Positions 21,854-32,343 of a DNA stretch of 64,000 nucleotides are shown in pieces (the first letter of the stretch is position 1; the number at the start of each line of letters is the position of its first letter). The stretch comes from Planktomarina sp. (GTDB lineage Bacteria > Pseudomonadota > Alphaproteobacteria > Rhodobacterales > Rhodobacteraceae). The notes under the pieces are model-generated. The model was not told the DNA's origin and made no database searches. It saw nothing but the letters and a program-made list of their open reading frames with translations. The stretch spans positions 4,930 through 68,929 of the forward strand of contig JAKMFM010000168.1 in assembly GCA_022425445.1 (NCBI GenBank), given 5' to 3'. The position numbers and the translations under genes are program-made.

Positions 21854-22843
21854 ATGCCGCGCTGCTCTGTCTTGGAAATTGAAACTGCCAGTAAAGCGGC
21901 GCTTGAAGCTTTTGGCGCGAAAGACTGGATTGCCGCCTCAGTGGCGCGGGCCGTCGCCGATGCGGAGGCCCATGGCAATGTGATTTGTGGGCTCTACTAT
22001 CTTGAGAGCTATTGCCGCCAATTGGCCACGGGCCGGGTAAGCGGTTCGGTGGATCCAAAGGTGACGGCTTCGCGGCCCGGCTCGATCTTATCGCACGCGG
22101 GCTACGGCTTTGCGCAGCCGGCTTTTGAGGCCGCTTTGCCCATGGCAGTGGCGGCGGCGCGGGAGAATGGCACAGCTTCGCTCGCGGTGGCTCATGCACA
22201 TACCTGCACCTCTTTGGGGTATTTCACGGCGCAACTGGCCGCAGAAGGGTTGATGGCAATTGGCTTTACCAACGCCAGCCCGGTCGTGGCGCCTCCGGGT
22301 GGCAATCAAAAGGTGATTGGCACCAATCCCATTGCCATGTCGGTTCCAGATGGCACTGGCGGTCTCGCGGTGCATTTTGACTTTTCCACCTCTGCTGTGG
22401 CGCTGGGCAAGATCACCATGGCTAAGGCTGCTGGAGAGGAAATCCCGTTGGGCTGGGCCGTAGATACGCACGGTGTCGCGACGACGAATCCAGAGGCCGC
22501 CTTGGGCGGTGCTTTGGTTTCGGCTGGTGGATATAAAGGCTGGGGTTTTGGCATATTGGCTGAGCTCTTGGCCGCTGGCATGACAGGTTCGGTCAACTCC
22601 TTGGATGTGGGGGGGTTGAAATTACCGGACGGTCCGCCGCATGGGTTGGGGCAGTTTTATTTCATTCTGGATCCAAATACGCACCATGACGGGTTTGCGG
22701 ATCGCTTGGCGCGGCTTGCAGATGCGGTGGCTCTACAGGAGGGCGCAAGGCTGCCAGGCAGTGCCCGCAGCCCTATGGCGGAGATTGATGTGCCTGATGC
22801 GCTCTGGGATTTGGTCGCGCAGCTGGCGCGGGGCCCGCTCTAG
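21854..22843 (+). CDS. Ldh_2 (malate/L-lactate/sulfolactate dehydrogenase-like, ComC/DpkA) family oxidoreductase
   Basis: FTNAS, IGTNPIA, DFSTS, GWAVD, GGYKGWG, RLPG family motifs. Confidence 0.85.
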   Translation: MPRCSVLEIETASKAALEAFGAKDWIAASVARAVADAEAHGNVICGLYYLESYCRQLATGRVSGSVDPKVTASRPGSILSHAGYGFAQPAFEAALPMAVAAARENGTASLAVAHAHTCTSLGYFTAQLAAEGLMAIGFTNASPVVAPPGGNQKVIGTNPIAMSVPDGTGGLAVHFDFSTSAVALGKITMAKAAGEEIPLGWAVDTHGVATTNPEAALGGALVSAGGYKGWGFGILAELLAAGMTGSVNSLDVGGLKLPDGPPHGLGQFYFILDPNTHHDGFADRLARLADAVALQEGARLPGSARSPMAEIDVPDALWDLVAQLARGPL

Positions 22844-22853
22844 CGGGTTTTGC

Positions 22854-23288
22854 CTAGGCTTTTTGCGTCAGCAAAACTCCCGCGGCCATCAAAATTAATC
22901 CGCTGAGACGGGTCCAGCTGAGTGGAATTTGTTGCGCGCCAAATAGTCCGAAATGATCAATTGCTGCCGCTGAAATCAATTGGCCAATGAGCACAAAGAA
23001 AATAGCATTCCCAACGCCAAACTTGGGTGCAATCGCCGTTATGGACAGCACATAAAATGCCAGTAAGACCCCCGCAAAGAATAGATGTTTTGGCGCGGTT
23101 GTGAGTTTGACCAAAGCGCTGGGCCCTTGGGTGATGGCCACCAGACTGGCGGTGAGCAAGCCAACGGCGATCAACACCACCCCGGCGAGCATGGGCGCAC
23201 CAAGAGATCGGCCGAGGGCTGCGTTCATCGCGGCCAGGACAGGTATCCCAATCCCCGCGGCAAGCATTGTAATCGCATAGATTGGCAT
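22854..23288 (-). CDS. Small DMT family transporter (DUF606/YdcZ-like)
   Basis: Five hydrophobic helices; NAALG, GQLISAAAIDHFGLFG. Confidence 0.8.
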   Translation of the reverse strand: MPIYAITMLAAGIGIPVLAAMNAALGRSLGAPMLAGVVLIAVGLLTASLVAITQGPSALVKLTTAPKHLFFAGVLLAFYVLSITAIAPKFGVGNAIFFVLIGQLISAAAIDHFGLFGAQQIPLSWTRLSGLILMAAGVLLTQKA

Positions 23289-23312
23289 AGGCAGCGGTCC
23301 TTTTGCTTGGAT

Positions 23313-25271
23313 CTATAGATCGAGCTCTTCAACGAATTTGGCGTTGGCTTGGATATACTCAAACCGTTTTTCTGGCTTTTTGCCCATCAACCGTTCAATG
23401 AGATCGCCGGTCTCGCCCGGTGTATCTTCGTCAACGGTAACGCGGATTAATTTGCGGGTCGTCGGATCCATTGTGGTCTCTTTGAGATCCTTTGCATCCA
23501 TTTCGCCCAGACCTTTAAAGCGACTGACGTCAATCTTGCCCTTGCCGCCCAGTCCTTTGGCAAGCCAAAGGTCTTTCTCTGCCTCATCCAGGCAATACAC
23601 CCGCTTGGCTCCCTGTGTCAGGCGGAACAAGGGGGGGCAGGCGAGATAAAGATGACCGGCATCAATCAAAGGCCGCATTTGTGAGAAAAAGAATGTCATG
23701 AGAAGACTGGCGATATGGGCACCATCGACATCGGCATCGGTCATGATGATGACCTTCTCATAGCGCAGATCATCAATATTGAATTTTGTACCAATCCCGA
23801 CGCCAAGCGCTTCGCAAAGGTCACTGATCTCAGCATTAGAGCCGAGTTTATTCGAGGCGGCGCCCAGGACGTTGAGGATTTTTCCCTTGAGCGGCAGAAG
23901 TGCTTGGTTGACGCGATTGCGCGCGCCCTTGCCTGATCCGCCGGCGCTGTCGCCCTCAACGATGAATAATTCCGTGCCCTCGCGGTTTTTTGAGGTGCAA
24001 TCTGTGAGTTTGCCCGGCAGGCGCAATTTCTTGGTGGCAGATTTGCGCTGGGTTTCTTTTTCCTGCCGGCGGCGCAAGCGCTCTTCTGCGCGCAGCACTA
24101 GGAAATCAAGAATGGCTCCGGCCGATTTCGTATCGGCAGCGAGCCAATTGTCAAACCGATCACGGACAGAGTTTTCGACCAAGCGCTGGGCTTCGACAGT
24201 GGCCAAACGGTCTTTGGTTTGACCAACAAATTCGGGCTCGCTGATGAAACAAGAGACCAGGGCGCAACCGCCTGTTGTTAGGTCATCACGGGTGATATTG
24301 GTGGCTTTGCGGTTGTTGACCAGTTCACCATAGGCTTTGATGCCCTTTAAGATTGCGGCCCAGAACCCACTTTCATGGGTGCCGCCTTCGGGTGTGGGCA
24401 CGGTGTTACAATATGATTGGATGAAGCCATCTCGTGAGGGTGTCCAATTGACCGCCCATTCGATTTTGCCGGGGACATTGAAGCGTTCTTGGAAATCTAC
24501 GGTGCCGGCGAAAGGAGCCGCGGCATAGGTGCTGGCATTGCCCAGGGTCTCCACGAGATAATCCGACAGCCCACCGGGGAAATGGAAGGTTGCCTCGCGC
24601 GGTGTTTCGCCATCATCAATCTCGGTTTTCCAGCGAATTTCGACACCGGAAAATAAATAGGCCTTGGAGCGAATAGAGGCAAAGAGGCGCGCAGGTTTGA
24701 AACGGTGTTTGCCAAAGATTTGTTCATCGGCATGAAATGTGACCGAGGTGCCGCGGCGGTTTGGGGCCGCGCCGATCTTGGTAATTGGACCCAGCGGGAT
24801 GCCGCGGGCGAAGCGCTGCTCGTAAAGCTCGCGATTGCGGGCGACTTCGACAACCATGGAATCGGAGAGTGCATTGACAACCGAGGCGCCGACCCCATGC
24901 AGGCCGCCGGAGGTTTGATAGGCTTTGCCAGAGAATTTACCACCGGCATGCAAGGTGCACAGGATCACCTCAAGAGCGGATTTGTCGGGAAACCTCGGAT
25001 GCGGGTCAACAGGAATGCCGCGCCCATTATCGCGGATGGTTACGGAATAATCTGCATGGAGTTCGACTTCGATGCGATTTGCATGGCCGGCCACCGCCTC
25101 ATCCATGGAGTTGTCCAGAACCTCAGCCACCAGGTGGTGCAAGGCCCGCTCATCTGTGCCGCCGATATACATGCCGGGCCGCTTGCGCACCGGCTCGAGA
25201 CCCTCCAACACCTCAATAGAGGAGGCATCATAATCCGTAGGTGCTGCCGAAGATAATAGGTCACTTGCCAT
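23313..25271 (-). CDS. parE: DNA topoisomerase IV subunit B
   Basis: LEGLEPVRKRPGMYIG, DNGRGIP, GLHGVG, VEGDSAGGS, MTDADVDGAHI, RFKGLGEM; start at MASDL. Confidence 0.93.
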   Translation of the reverse strand: MASDLLSSAAPTDYDASSIEVLEGLEPVRKRPGMYIGGTDERALHHLVAEVLDNSMDEAVAGHANRIEVELHADYSVTIRDNGRGIPVDPHPRFPDKSALEVILCTLHAGGKFSGKAYQTSGGLHGVGASVVNALSDSMVVEVARNRELYEQRFARGIPLGPITKIGAAPNRRGTSVTFHADEQIFGKHRFKPARLFASIRSKAYLFSGVEIRWKTEIDDGETPREATFHFPGGLSDYLVETLGNASTYAAAPFAGTVDFQERFNVPGKIEWAVNWTPSRDGFIQSYCNTVPTPEGGTHESGFWAAILKGIKAYGELVNNRKATNITRDDLTTGGCALVSCFISEPEFVGQTKDRLATVEAQRLVENSVRDRFDNWLAADTKSAGAILDFLVLRAEERLRRRQEKETQRKSATKKLRLPGKLTDCTSKNREGTELFIVEGDSAGGSGKGARNRVNQALLPLKGKILNVLGAASNKLGSNAEISDLCEALGVGIGTKFNIDDLRYEKVIIMTDADVDGAHIASLLMTFFFSQMRPLIDAGHLYLACPPLFRLTQGAKRVYCLDEAEKDLWLAKGLGGKGKIDVSRFKGLGEMDAKDLKETTMDPTTRKLIRVTVDEDTPGETGDLIERLMGKKPEKRFEYIQANAKFVEELDL

Positions 25272-25408
25272 TGGGCTGCTCTTTCTTTGATTGACGGTAT
25301 TCATGGCAGAAGTTGCGGGGCAAGAAAAGACCTGGCGCGCGGGGCGATCCATATTCCTTGCCGATTTCACCACTGGTCAGGCCGCCGGCTTCTGCTAAAG
25401 AGAAGGAT

Positions 25409-26758
25409 ATGAGAAAAGCTTCTGCGATCACATTGGAAGCGAGATCCTTGCTGATCTTGGGACTGCCTTTGGTAGGCAGCCAAGTGGCGCAATTTGCTGT
25501 GCATACGACCGATACGTTGATGCTGGGCTGGTATTCTGTGCTGGCCTTGGCACAGGTGACTTTAGGGGCTCAGGTTCTGTTTATCGCCTTTATCGCAACC
25601 TCGGGTTTTGCCTTTGCAATTTTGCCGATGGTTGCCAAATCCATGGCAGAGGACGATTCGCAATCGGCCAGGCGGGCCACGCGCATGGGGCTTTGGGTGT
25701 CGACCTTGGCGGCGGCGCTGTTGTTTTTGCCCATGTGGTATGCCGGCCCTCTGCTTGAGGCGATGGGGCAAGATCCGACAGTGGCGCAGGGCGCGCAGGC
25801 GTATCTGCGCATCGCAGGTTTTGGCCTATGGCCTGCATTATGGGGATTGGTGCTGCGCAGCTATCTTTCGGCTCTGGAACATGCAGGGATCGTGCTGTGG
25901 GTCTCTGTGTTTGTTTTGGCGGCCAATGCGCTGATCAACTATGGCTTGATATTTGGCAATTGGGGGCTGCCAGAATTGGGGCTGCAAGGTGCGGCGATTG
26001 CTTCGGTCATATCCCAAATACTGGCCCTGCTAGGTTTTGTGATCTACATCCAGCGCAGGTTCCCTGAACAACAGATGTTCGCCCGTTTCTGGAGATTTGA
26101 CGGCAGCGCGGCCCTCGCGGTCACCCGGCTTGCGGTGCCTATTTCAGCCACAGCCCTGGCAGAAAGTGGCTTGTTTGCGGCATCCGCCTTCATGATGGGT
26201 TGGCTTGGACATTTGGAACTGGCGGCCCATGGCATTGTATTACAGCTGGCGGCGTTGAGCTTCATGGTACACATGGGATTGTCGCAGGCCGGCACGGTGC
26301 GCGCGGGCAAGGCCTTTGCTCGGAACGATTGGCCATCGGTTCGGCGTACAGCCTGGGTGACGATGGGCTTGTCGAGCGTTGTGGCCATTGTGGCTATATT
26401 CCTGTTCCTGATGAGCCCGCAGGTTTTGATCCGAGCGTTTTTGGATCCCCAGGATCCTTTGGCCACTGACATCCTACGCATCGGTACGATTTTACTGATG
26501 CTCGCGGCATTGTTTCAATTTGTCGATGCCGCACAGGTCGTGGCCTTGAGCTTGCTGCGCGGGTTGCAAGACACCAAAGTGCCCATGTGGATTGCCGCGA
26601 TATCCTATTGGTTGATCGGTCTGCCGATCAGCTATGTTTTAGGGTTTTGGCTTGGGTTCCAGGAAGCGGGGATATGGATGGGGCTGGTGGTCGGGCTTGG
26701 ATCTGCCGCCCTCTTGCTTTGGTGGCGGTTTTGCCGCCTGGCGGGGCGTGTGGCCTAG
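25409..26758 (+). CDS. MATE family efflux transporter (NorM-like)
   Basis: 12-TM; DTLMLG, GLPELGLQGAA, ELAAH, LFQFVDAAQ, LRGLQDT. Confidence 0.88.
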   Translation: MRKASAITLEARSLLILGLPLVGSQVAQFAVHTTDTLMLGWYSVLALAQVTLGAQVLFIAFIATSGFAFAILPMVAKSMAEDDSQSARRATRMGLWVSTLAAALLFLPMWYAGPLLEAMGQDPTVAQGAQAYLRIAGFGLWPALWGLVLRSYLSALEHAGIVLWVSVFVLAANALINYGLIFGNWGLPELGLQGAAIASVISQILALLGFVIYIQRRFPEQQMFARFWRFDGSAALAVTRLAVPISATALAESGLFAASAFMMGWLGHLELAAHGIVLQLAALSFMVHMGLSQAGTVRAGKAFARNDWPSVRRTAWVTMGLSSVVAIVAIFLFLMSPQVLIRAFLDPQDPLATDILRIGTILLMLAALFQFVDAAQVVALSLLRGLQDTKVPMWIAAISYWLIGLPISYVLGFWLGFQEAGIWMGLVVGLGSAALLLWWRFCRLAGRVA

Positions 26759-26856
26759 GGTTTGATCACGATCCGCTTGGCGTTTTGCCGCACAAGAGTG
26801 TTCGCAGATCGTGCATGGGTCTGCGCTTCGGGATCGGGTCGTCGATCACCGCGATT

Positions 26857-28089
<1,233 letters not shown>

Positions 28090-28144
28090 TTAGATAGATG
28101 TGCACGACGCCGCAAGGCGAAGTGATTGGAAAGAGAAAAAAATT

Positions 28145-28537
28145 ATGGAAAATGACTCTGACGCAACATTTGATTGGTACGGCCCCGATGCAGCCACCTT
28201 TGGGGACCGTGTTCTGGGCGCGCGGGAAAAGGCCGGCATGACGCAGGCGCAGCTGTCGCGCCGGCTCGGAATCAAATTGGCGACTTTGCAGGCTTGGGAA
28301 GAGGATCGTTCTGAGCCGCGGGCTAACAAATTGCAAATGTTGACCGGAATGCTCAATGTGTCTTTGCCTTGGCTTCTGAGCGGTGAAGGGATCGGGCCAG
28401 AAGAGCCGAACTCGGCACCTCTGTCCGACGATATTCAGACAATTCTAATTGAAATGCGCGCAATAAAAACCGATATGACCCGCACGGCCGACCGGCTGAG
28501 CAAATTGGAAAAACAATTAAGGTTGGCCATGAAATGA
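28145..28537 (+). CDS. XRE-family HTH transcriptional regulator with C-terminal coiled coil
   Basis: TFGDRV...GMTQAQLSRRLGIK...WEEDRSEPRAN; start at MENDS. Confidence 0.85.
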   Translation: MENDSDATFDWYGPDAATFGDRVLGAREKAGMTQAQLSRRLGIKLATLQAWEEDRSEPRANKLQMLTGMLNVSLPWLLSGEGIGPEEPNSAPLSDDIQTILIEMRAIKTDMTRTADRLSKLEKQLRLAMK

Positions 28538-28800
28538 TTGAACTGCATGATCATAAGATCAAACGCCTGAAAATGCGTTCAATGCGCCGTGGAATCAAAG
28601 AAATGGACCTTATTTTAAGCCATTTTGCGCAAGCAACCTTGGATCAAATGACTGAAGAAGAGCTGGTAAATTACGATTTGTTGCTGGCAGAAAATGATCA
28701 CGATCTTTACTCTTGGGTGACCGGCGCCGCGGCAGCTCCCCCAGAATTTGCCCCGCTGATCGCCCAAATCGTCGCGGGTTTGCAGGTTCCGCGCAGTTAA
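28534..28800 (+). CDS. sdhE: Succinate dehydrogenase assembly factor (FAD assembly, SdhE/Sdh5)
   Basis: RRGIKEMD (RGxxE) motif and D-x-DLY-x-W. Confidence 0.88.
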   Translation: MIELHDHKIKRLKMRSMRRGIKEMDLILSHFAQATLDQMTEEELVNYDLLLAENDHDLYSWVTGAAAAPPEFAPLIAQIVAGLQVPRS

Positions 28801-28871
28801 ATTGATCTCGTTTAGATAATATTCGCGAATTTCCTCGACACTGCGCAACGAAGCAGTGTGAGAGGCGATCA

Positions 28872-29357
28872 ATGAGTGGTGATTCCAAAACCGGCAAGAG
28901 TTTTATGACCCATTATTTGGAGAGTTTGGCCCTGGTCGAGCGACTCCATCGTTTGTTGTTGGATGTGATCAAAGATGAATTTGAGCGGGTTGGGGTTATC
29001 GAGATCAACCCTGTGCAAGCTTTGCTCGTCTTCAACATCGGCGACAATGAGGTCACCGCAGGTGAGCTGAAGAGCCGCGGATATTATCAGGGCTCAAATG
29101 TAAGTTACAATTTAAAAAAATTGGTGGGCATGGGCTATATGCACCATGAACGCTGCCGCGCGGACCGGCGGTCTGTGCGCGTGAGACTGACCGATAAGGG
29201 GCACCATATTCGTGGACTTGTGAATGAGCTGTTTGAGGGCCACGCCGCTGCGTTGCAATCAGAAGGGGTTTTGCAAGGTGCTGGTGTCGAGGATATAAAT
29301 GCGGCGCTGCGGCGCATGGAACAGTATTGGGGCAAGCAGATTCGATTTATTTATTGA
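28872..29357 (+). CDS. MarR-family regulator, LdtR-like
   Basis: VERLHRLLLDVIKDEF, RGYYQGSNVSYNLKKL, DRRSVRVRLT. Confidence 0.85.
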   Translation: MSGDSKTGKSFMTHYLESLALVERLHRLLLDVIKDEFERVGVIEINPVQALLVFNIGDNEVTAGELKSRGYYQGSNVSYNLKKLVGMGYMHHERCRADRRSVRVRLTDKGHHIRGLVNELFEGHAAALQSEGVLQGAGVEDINAALRRMEQYWGKQIRFIY

Positions 29358-30085
29358 TCCAGTTGGCTCATGTTCAAAAATTCCAATTCACGCAGTAATT
29401 TTCGGCTCATGGCGCGCTCATAATCTTCAAAACCCATGGCAACTTCGGAAAACGCGCCTGGCCCGGCCAGGACGCGATGCGCAAAATAGGCGGTTAATTC
29501 GGCAATGGACAGCTCTGCATGCGACAGCCGGGAGCTGGCATCGACACCAATGATCAATGCGTTGATGACGATATCTCCGATCTTTTCGGGGCTGTTGACG
29601 TGATGGGGTTCTGGACCTGTGTTGTTTTTTCCATCACCGGAAATATCCAAAGTGCGTTTCCAGCAGTCCGGCTGTTGGTTTAAAAACCCAGCTCCGACTT
29701 GGATCGCCTGACCTAAAGCGGTGGTTGGTGGGGCAGGGCGACGCGTGGTGGATCGCAGCTGTTGAGAGACAGCCTCTAGGCGTGACGGGCTGGTGATGTC
29801 TGTCCACTCAATGAGAACGCGCTGATAGTCTTGACCGCTCCATTCAAAAACCAAAATCCGGACGGGTGCATCCGGCAGGCGCACCAGACTGGCGCGGACA
29901 TCATCACTGACTAAAGCTGCGGCCAGACCCCGCAATTGCAGTTGATATTCACCCTCATCGACAGATCCCGACACATCCAGGCCCAAAGCCAGGGCCTGGC
30001 GGCAGGCGGCATCAGCGCCTGCAGCACCTGTGACCCAAATTGCAAAAGACAGGGCGGCGAGGGCTTTGCGCAGAAGACAGCTCAC
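29351..30085 (-). CDS. DUF1194 (VWA-like) exported protein
   Basis: Signal peptide, MIDAS-like DVSGS, DISGDG, KLLREL; GTG start overlapping the upstream TGA. Confidence 0.82.
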   Translation of the reverse strand: MSCLLRKALAALSFAIWVTGAAGADAACRQALALGLDVSGSVDEGEYQLQLRGLAAALVSDDVRASLVRLPDAPVRILVFEWSGQDYQRVLIEWTDITSPSRLEAVSQQLRSTTRRPAPPTTALGQAIQVGAGFLNQQPDCWKRTLDISGDGKNNTGPEPHHVNSPEKIGDIVINALIIGVDASSRLSHAELSIAELTAYFAHRVLAGPGAFSEVAMGFEDYERAMSRKLLRELEFLNMSQLDQ

Positions 30086-30504
30086 CAATGTCCGATATTT
30101 TCCATACTCGCCCAGGGTTCGGCCACAGGCAGGTTGTCACCCTCTTGCAAGAGCTCAATTGAGATATTGTCTGGGCTGCGGACAAAAGCCATGCGACCTT
30201 CGCGCGGCGGGCGATTAATTGTGATGCCATTGTCCATCAGATGCTGGCATGTGGCATAAATATCCTTCACCTCATAGGCCAAATGGCCGAAATGTCGGCT
30301 GTCTGACGGCAGGCCCTCATCACCATCCCAGTTGTAGGTCAGTTCCACAGGGCATTCGGGTTGGCCAGGAGGCGCCATGAAAACCAAGGTAAAACGTCCA
30401 GCTTCATTGTCCCAGCGGCGCGTTTCTTCGAGACCCAAGAGGGCAAAAAAAGCGATCGAGGCGTCTAAATCGGCCACCCGGACCATTGTATGTAGATATT
30501 TCAT
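30082..30504 (-). CDS. gloA: Lactoylglutathione lyase (glyoxalase I)
   Basis: [36 protein letters not shown]. Confidence 0.85.
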   Translation of the reverse strand: MKYLHTMVRVADLDASIAFFALLGLEETRRWDNEAGRFTLVFMAPPGQPECPVELTYNWDGDEGLPSDSRHFGHLAYEVKDIYATCQHLMDNGITINRPPREGRMAFVRSPDNISIELLQEGDNLPVAEPWASMENIGHW

Positions 30505-30511
30505 TTGCACT

Positions 30512-30559
30512 TGCCTTTATATAGTAGGTTCATCCTTCAGGTTACTCCATATATAGTGT
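30512..30559. promoter_or_regulatory. Tandem NrdR boxes upstream of thyX
   Basis: TGCCTTTATATAGTAG (30512-30527) and ACTCCATATATAGTGT (30544-30559) resemble acaCwAtATaTwGtgt; 32 bp start-to-start. Confidence 0.7.
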
Positions 30560-30600
30560 TAAGGGAATCGCTCCAGAAGGGGTTAATTAAGGGGATAGTG

Positions 30601-31509
30601 ATGCTGCTGACACCAGAACAACAAGAAGAAATTGATCAGCTGCGATCAAATCCTCAGCTGACCCTGCGGGCTGTGGCTCCAGGTATGGAAGATCACCTTT
30701 ACCGCGCAAAGCCCGTTTTGGATCATGGGTTTGTGCGGGTTATCGACTATATGGGGGATGATGCCGCCATCTGCCAAGCTGCGCGGGTCAGCTACGGTAA
30801 GGGGACAAAATCCGTGCAAAATGATGCGGGCCTCATTCGTTACTTGATGCGCCACTGGCATTCGACGCCTTTCGAGATGTGTGAAATCAAACTGCACGTG
30901 AAATTGCCGGTTTTCGTAGCGCGCCAATGGATTCGGCATCGCACCGCCAATGTAAATGAATATTCTGCGCGCTATTCGATTCTCGACCGAGAGTTTTACA
31001 TCCCAGAACCGGACTCTCTGGCGGCGCAATCAGTGGTGAACAACCAGGGCCGCGGGCAGGTTTTGCAAGGGGCGGAAGCGGCGCGGGTTTTGGAAATTTT
31101 GAAATCAGACAGCAACCGCGCCTATGACAATTACGAGGCGATGATCTCGGGTGAGGGGCAGGATGGTTTGGCCCGTGAATTGGCGCGAATGAACCTGCCG
31201 GCCAATATTTACACGCAGTGGTACTGGAAAGTTGATCTGCACAACCTGTTTCACTTTTTGCGCCTTCGGGCCGATTCACATGCGCAATATGAAATAAGGG
31301 TCTATGCTGAGGCAATGTGTGAGATGGTGCGCGACTGGGTGCCTGCGGCCTATGGCGCTTTTGAGGATTATCGTTTGGGCGGCGCGGTATTCTCTGCCAA
31401 ATCGGTGGAATGTCTGAAACGCATGCTTGCTGGTGAGCCTGTCACGCAAGAAGACTCAGGTATGAGCAAGGGTGAATGGAGAGAATTTGAAGCCGCGATT
31501 GGGCGGTAA
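30601..31509 (+). CDS. thyX: FAD-dependent thymidylate synthase
   Basis: ThyX motif [29 protein letters not shown]. Confidence 0.95.
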   Translation: MLLTPEQQEEIDQLRSNPQLTLRAVAPGMEDHLYRAKPVLDHGFVRVIDYMGDDAAICQAARVSYGKGTKSVQNDAGLIRYLMRHWHSTPFEMCEIKLHVKLPVFVARQWIRHRTANVNEYSARYSILDREFYIPEPDSLAAQSVVNNQGRGQVLQGAEAARVLEILKSDSNRAYDNYEAMISGEGQDGLARELARMNLPANIYTQWYWKVDLHNLFHFLRLRADSHAQYEIRVYAEAMCEMVRDWVPAAYGAFEDYRLGGAVFSAKSVECLKRMLAGEPVTQEDSGMSKGEWREFEAAIGR

Positions 31510-31538
31510 CGTCCAAGCGCATGGCACAAAAGGAAACC

Positions 31539-31560
31539 TGTTGGGCACGGCCCAACATTT
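31539..31560. terminator. Hairpin between convergent thyX and cold-shock gene
   Basis: TGTTGGGC-ACG-GCCCAACA perfect 8-bp stem followed by TTT. Confidence 0.55.
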
Positions 31561-31598
31561 AGCGGATCACTGTCCGCTCTGACTGCAGCGTTGCGCGT

Positions 31599-31808
31599 TT
31601 ATTCGGCGTTGCTCAATTCACCAGCCATTTGACGCCCGTCGCGTCCTTCGACCAGCTCATAGTTTATTTTTTGGTTGTCGGCCAAGCTTGTCATTCCAGC
31701 GCGCTCGACGGCCGAAATATGGACAAACACGTCACTTCCTCCACCTTCTGGTTCAATGAACCCGAAACCTTTTGTGGTGTTGAACCATTTTACTGTGCCC
31801 AAAGGCAT
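31599..31808 (-). CDS. Cold-shock protein
   Basis: GTVKWFN, RNP1 KGFGFI, RNP2 VFVHIS; GGGAG RBS. Confidence 0.93.
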   Translation of the reverse strand: MPLGTVKWFNTTKGFGFIEPEGGGSDVFVHISAVERAGMTSLADNQKINYELVEGRDGRQMAGELSNAE

Positions 31809-31956
31809 ATCATATTCTCCCAAGTCATAAGTACACGCCCGTAGAGTTGCGGACGGCATCCCGCGGCTGAATGGCAAAATTTCTCACGAAAATCCTGTTA
31901 TTCAGATGCGATACCTATACAATTATGCGATTAAAAATAAAATCAAGGGAAATTTT

Positions 31957-32292
31957 ATGCAACTTTATGGATTAAAAGCCTGCGACACCTGTCGCAAAGC
32001 TAGAAAAGCGCTGCAAAATCAGCAGGTCGATTATATCGATGTGCGGGACGGGTCGGTGCCGGATGCAGTTCTTGCGGCGGCACTTGCGAAGTTTGGAGAT
32101 GCTCTGCTGAACCGTGCTTCGACCACCTGGCGCGGCTTGGACGCGGTGGCCCAGGCCGGTGATCCACTGGCCCTTCTCAAGGCGCATCCTGCGCTGATGA
32201 AACGTCCGTTGATTGTTCATGATGACGGAGAAATGACGCTCGGCTGGAAGCCTGATGTGGCGGCTTACTATGCGGCCCTGCCGGGCGCATAG
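31957..32292 (+). CDS. ArsC/Spx/MgsR (YffB-like) family protein
   Basis: YGLKACDTCRKA, LLNRASTTWR, HPALMKRP. Confidence 0.85.
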   Translation: MQLYGLKACDTCRKARKALQNQQVDYIDVRDGSVPDAVLAAALAKFGDALLNRASTTWRGLDAVAQAGDPLALLKAHPALMKRPLIVHDDGEMTLGWKPDVAAYYAALPGA

Positions 32293-32322
32293 CTGCCCGA
32301 TGCGATGATCGGGCAGTTTTTT
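32293..32322 (+). terminator. Intrinsic terminator
   Basis: CTGCCCGAT-GCGATG-ATCGGGCAG 9-bp perfect stem followed by TTTTTT. Confidence 0.8.
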
Positions 32323-32343
32323 GGTATAAAGTGGATTTGGATT

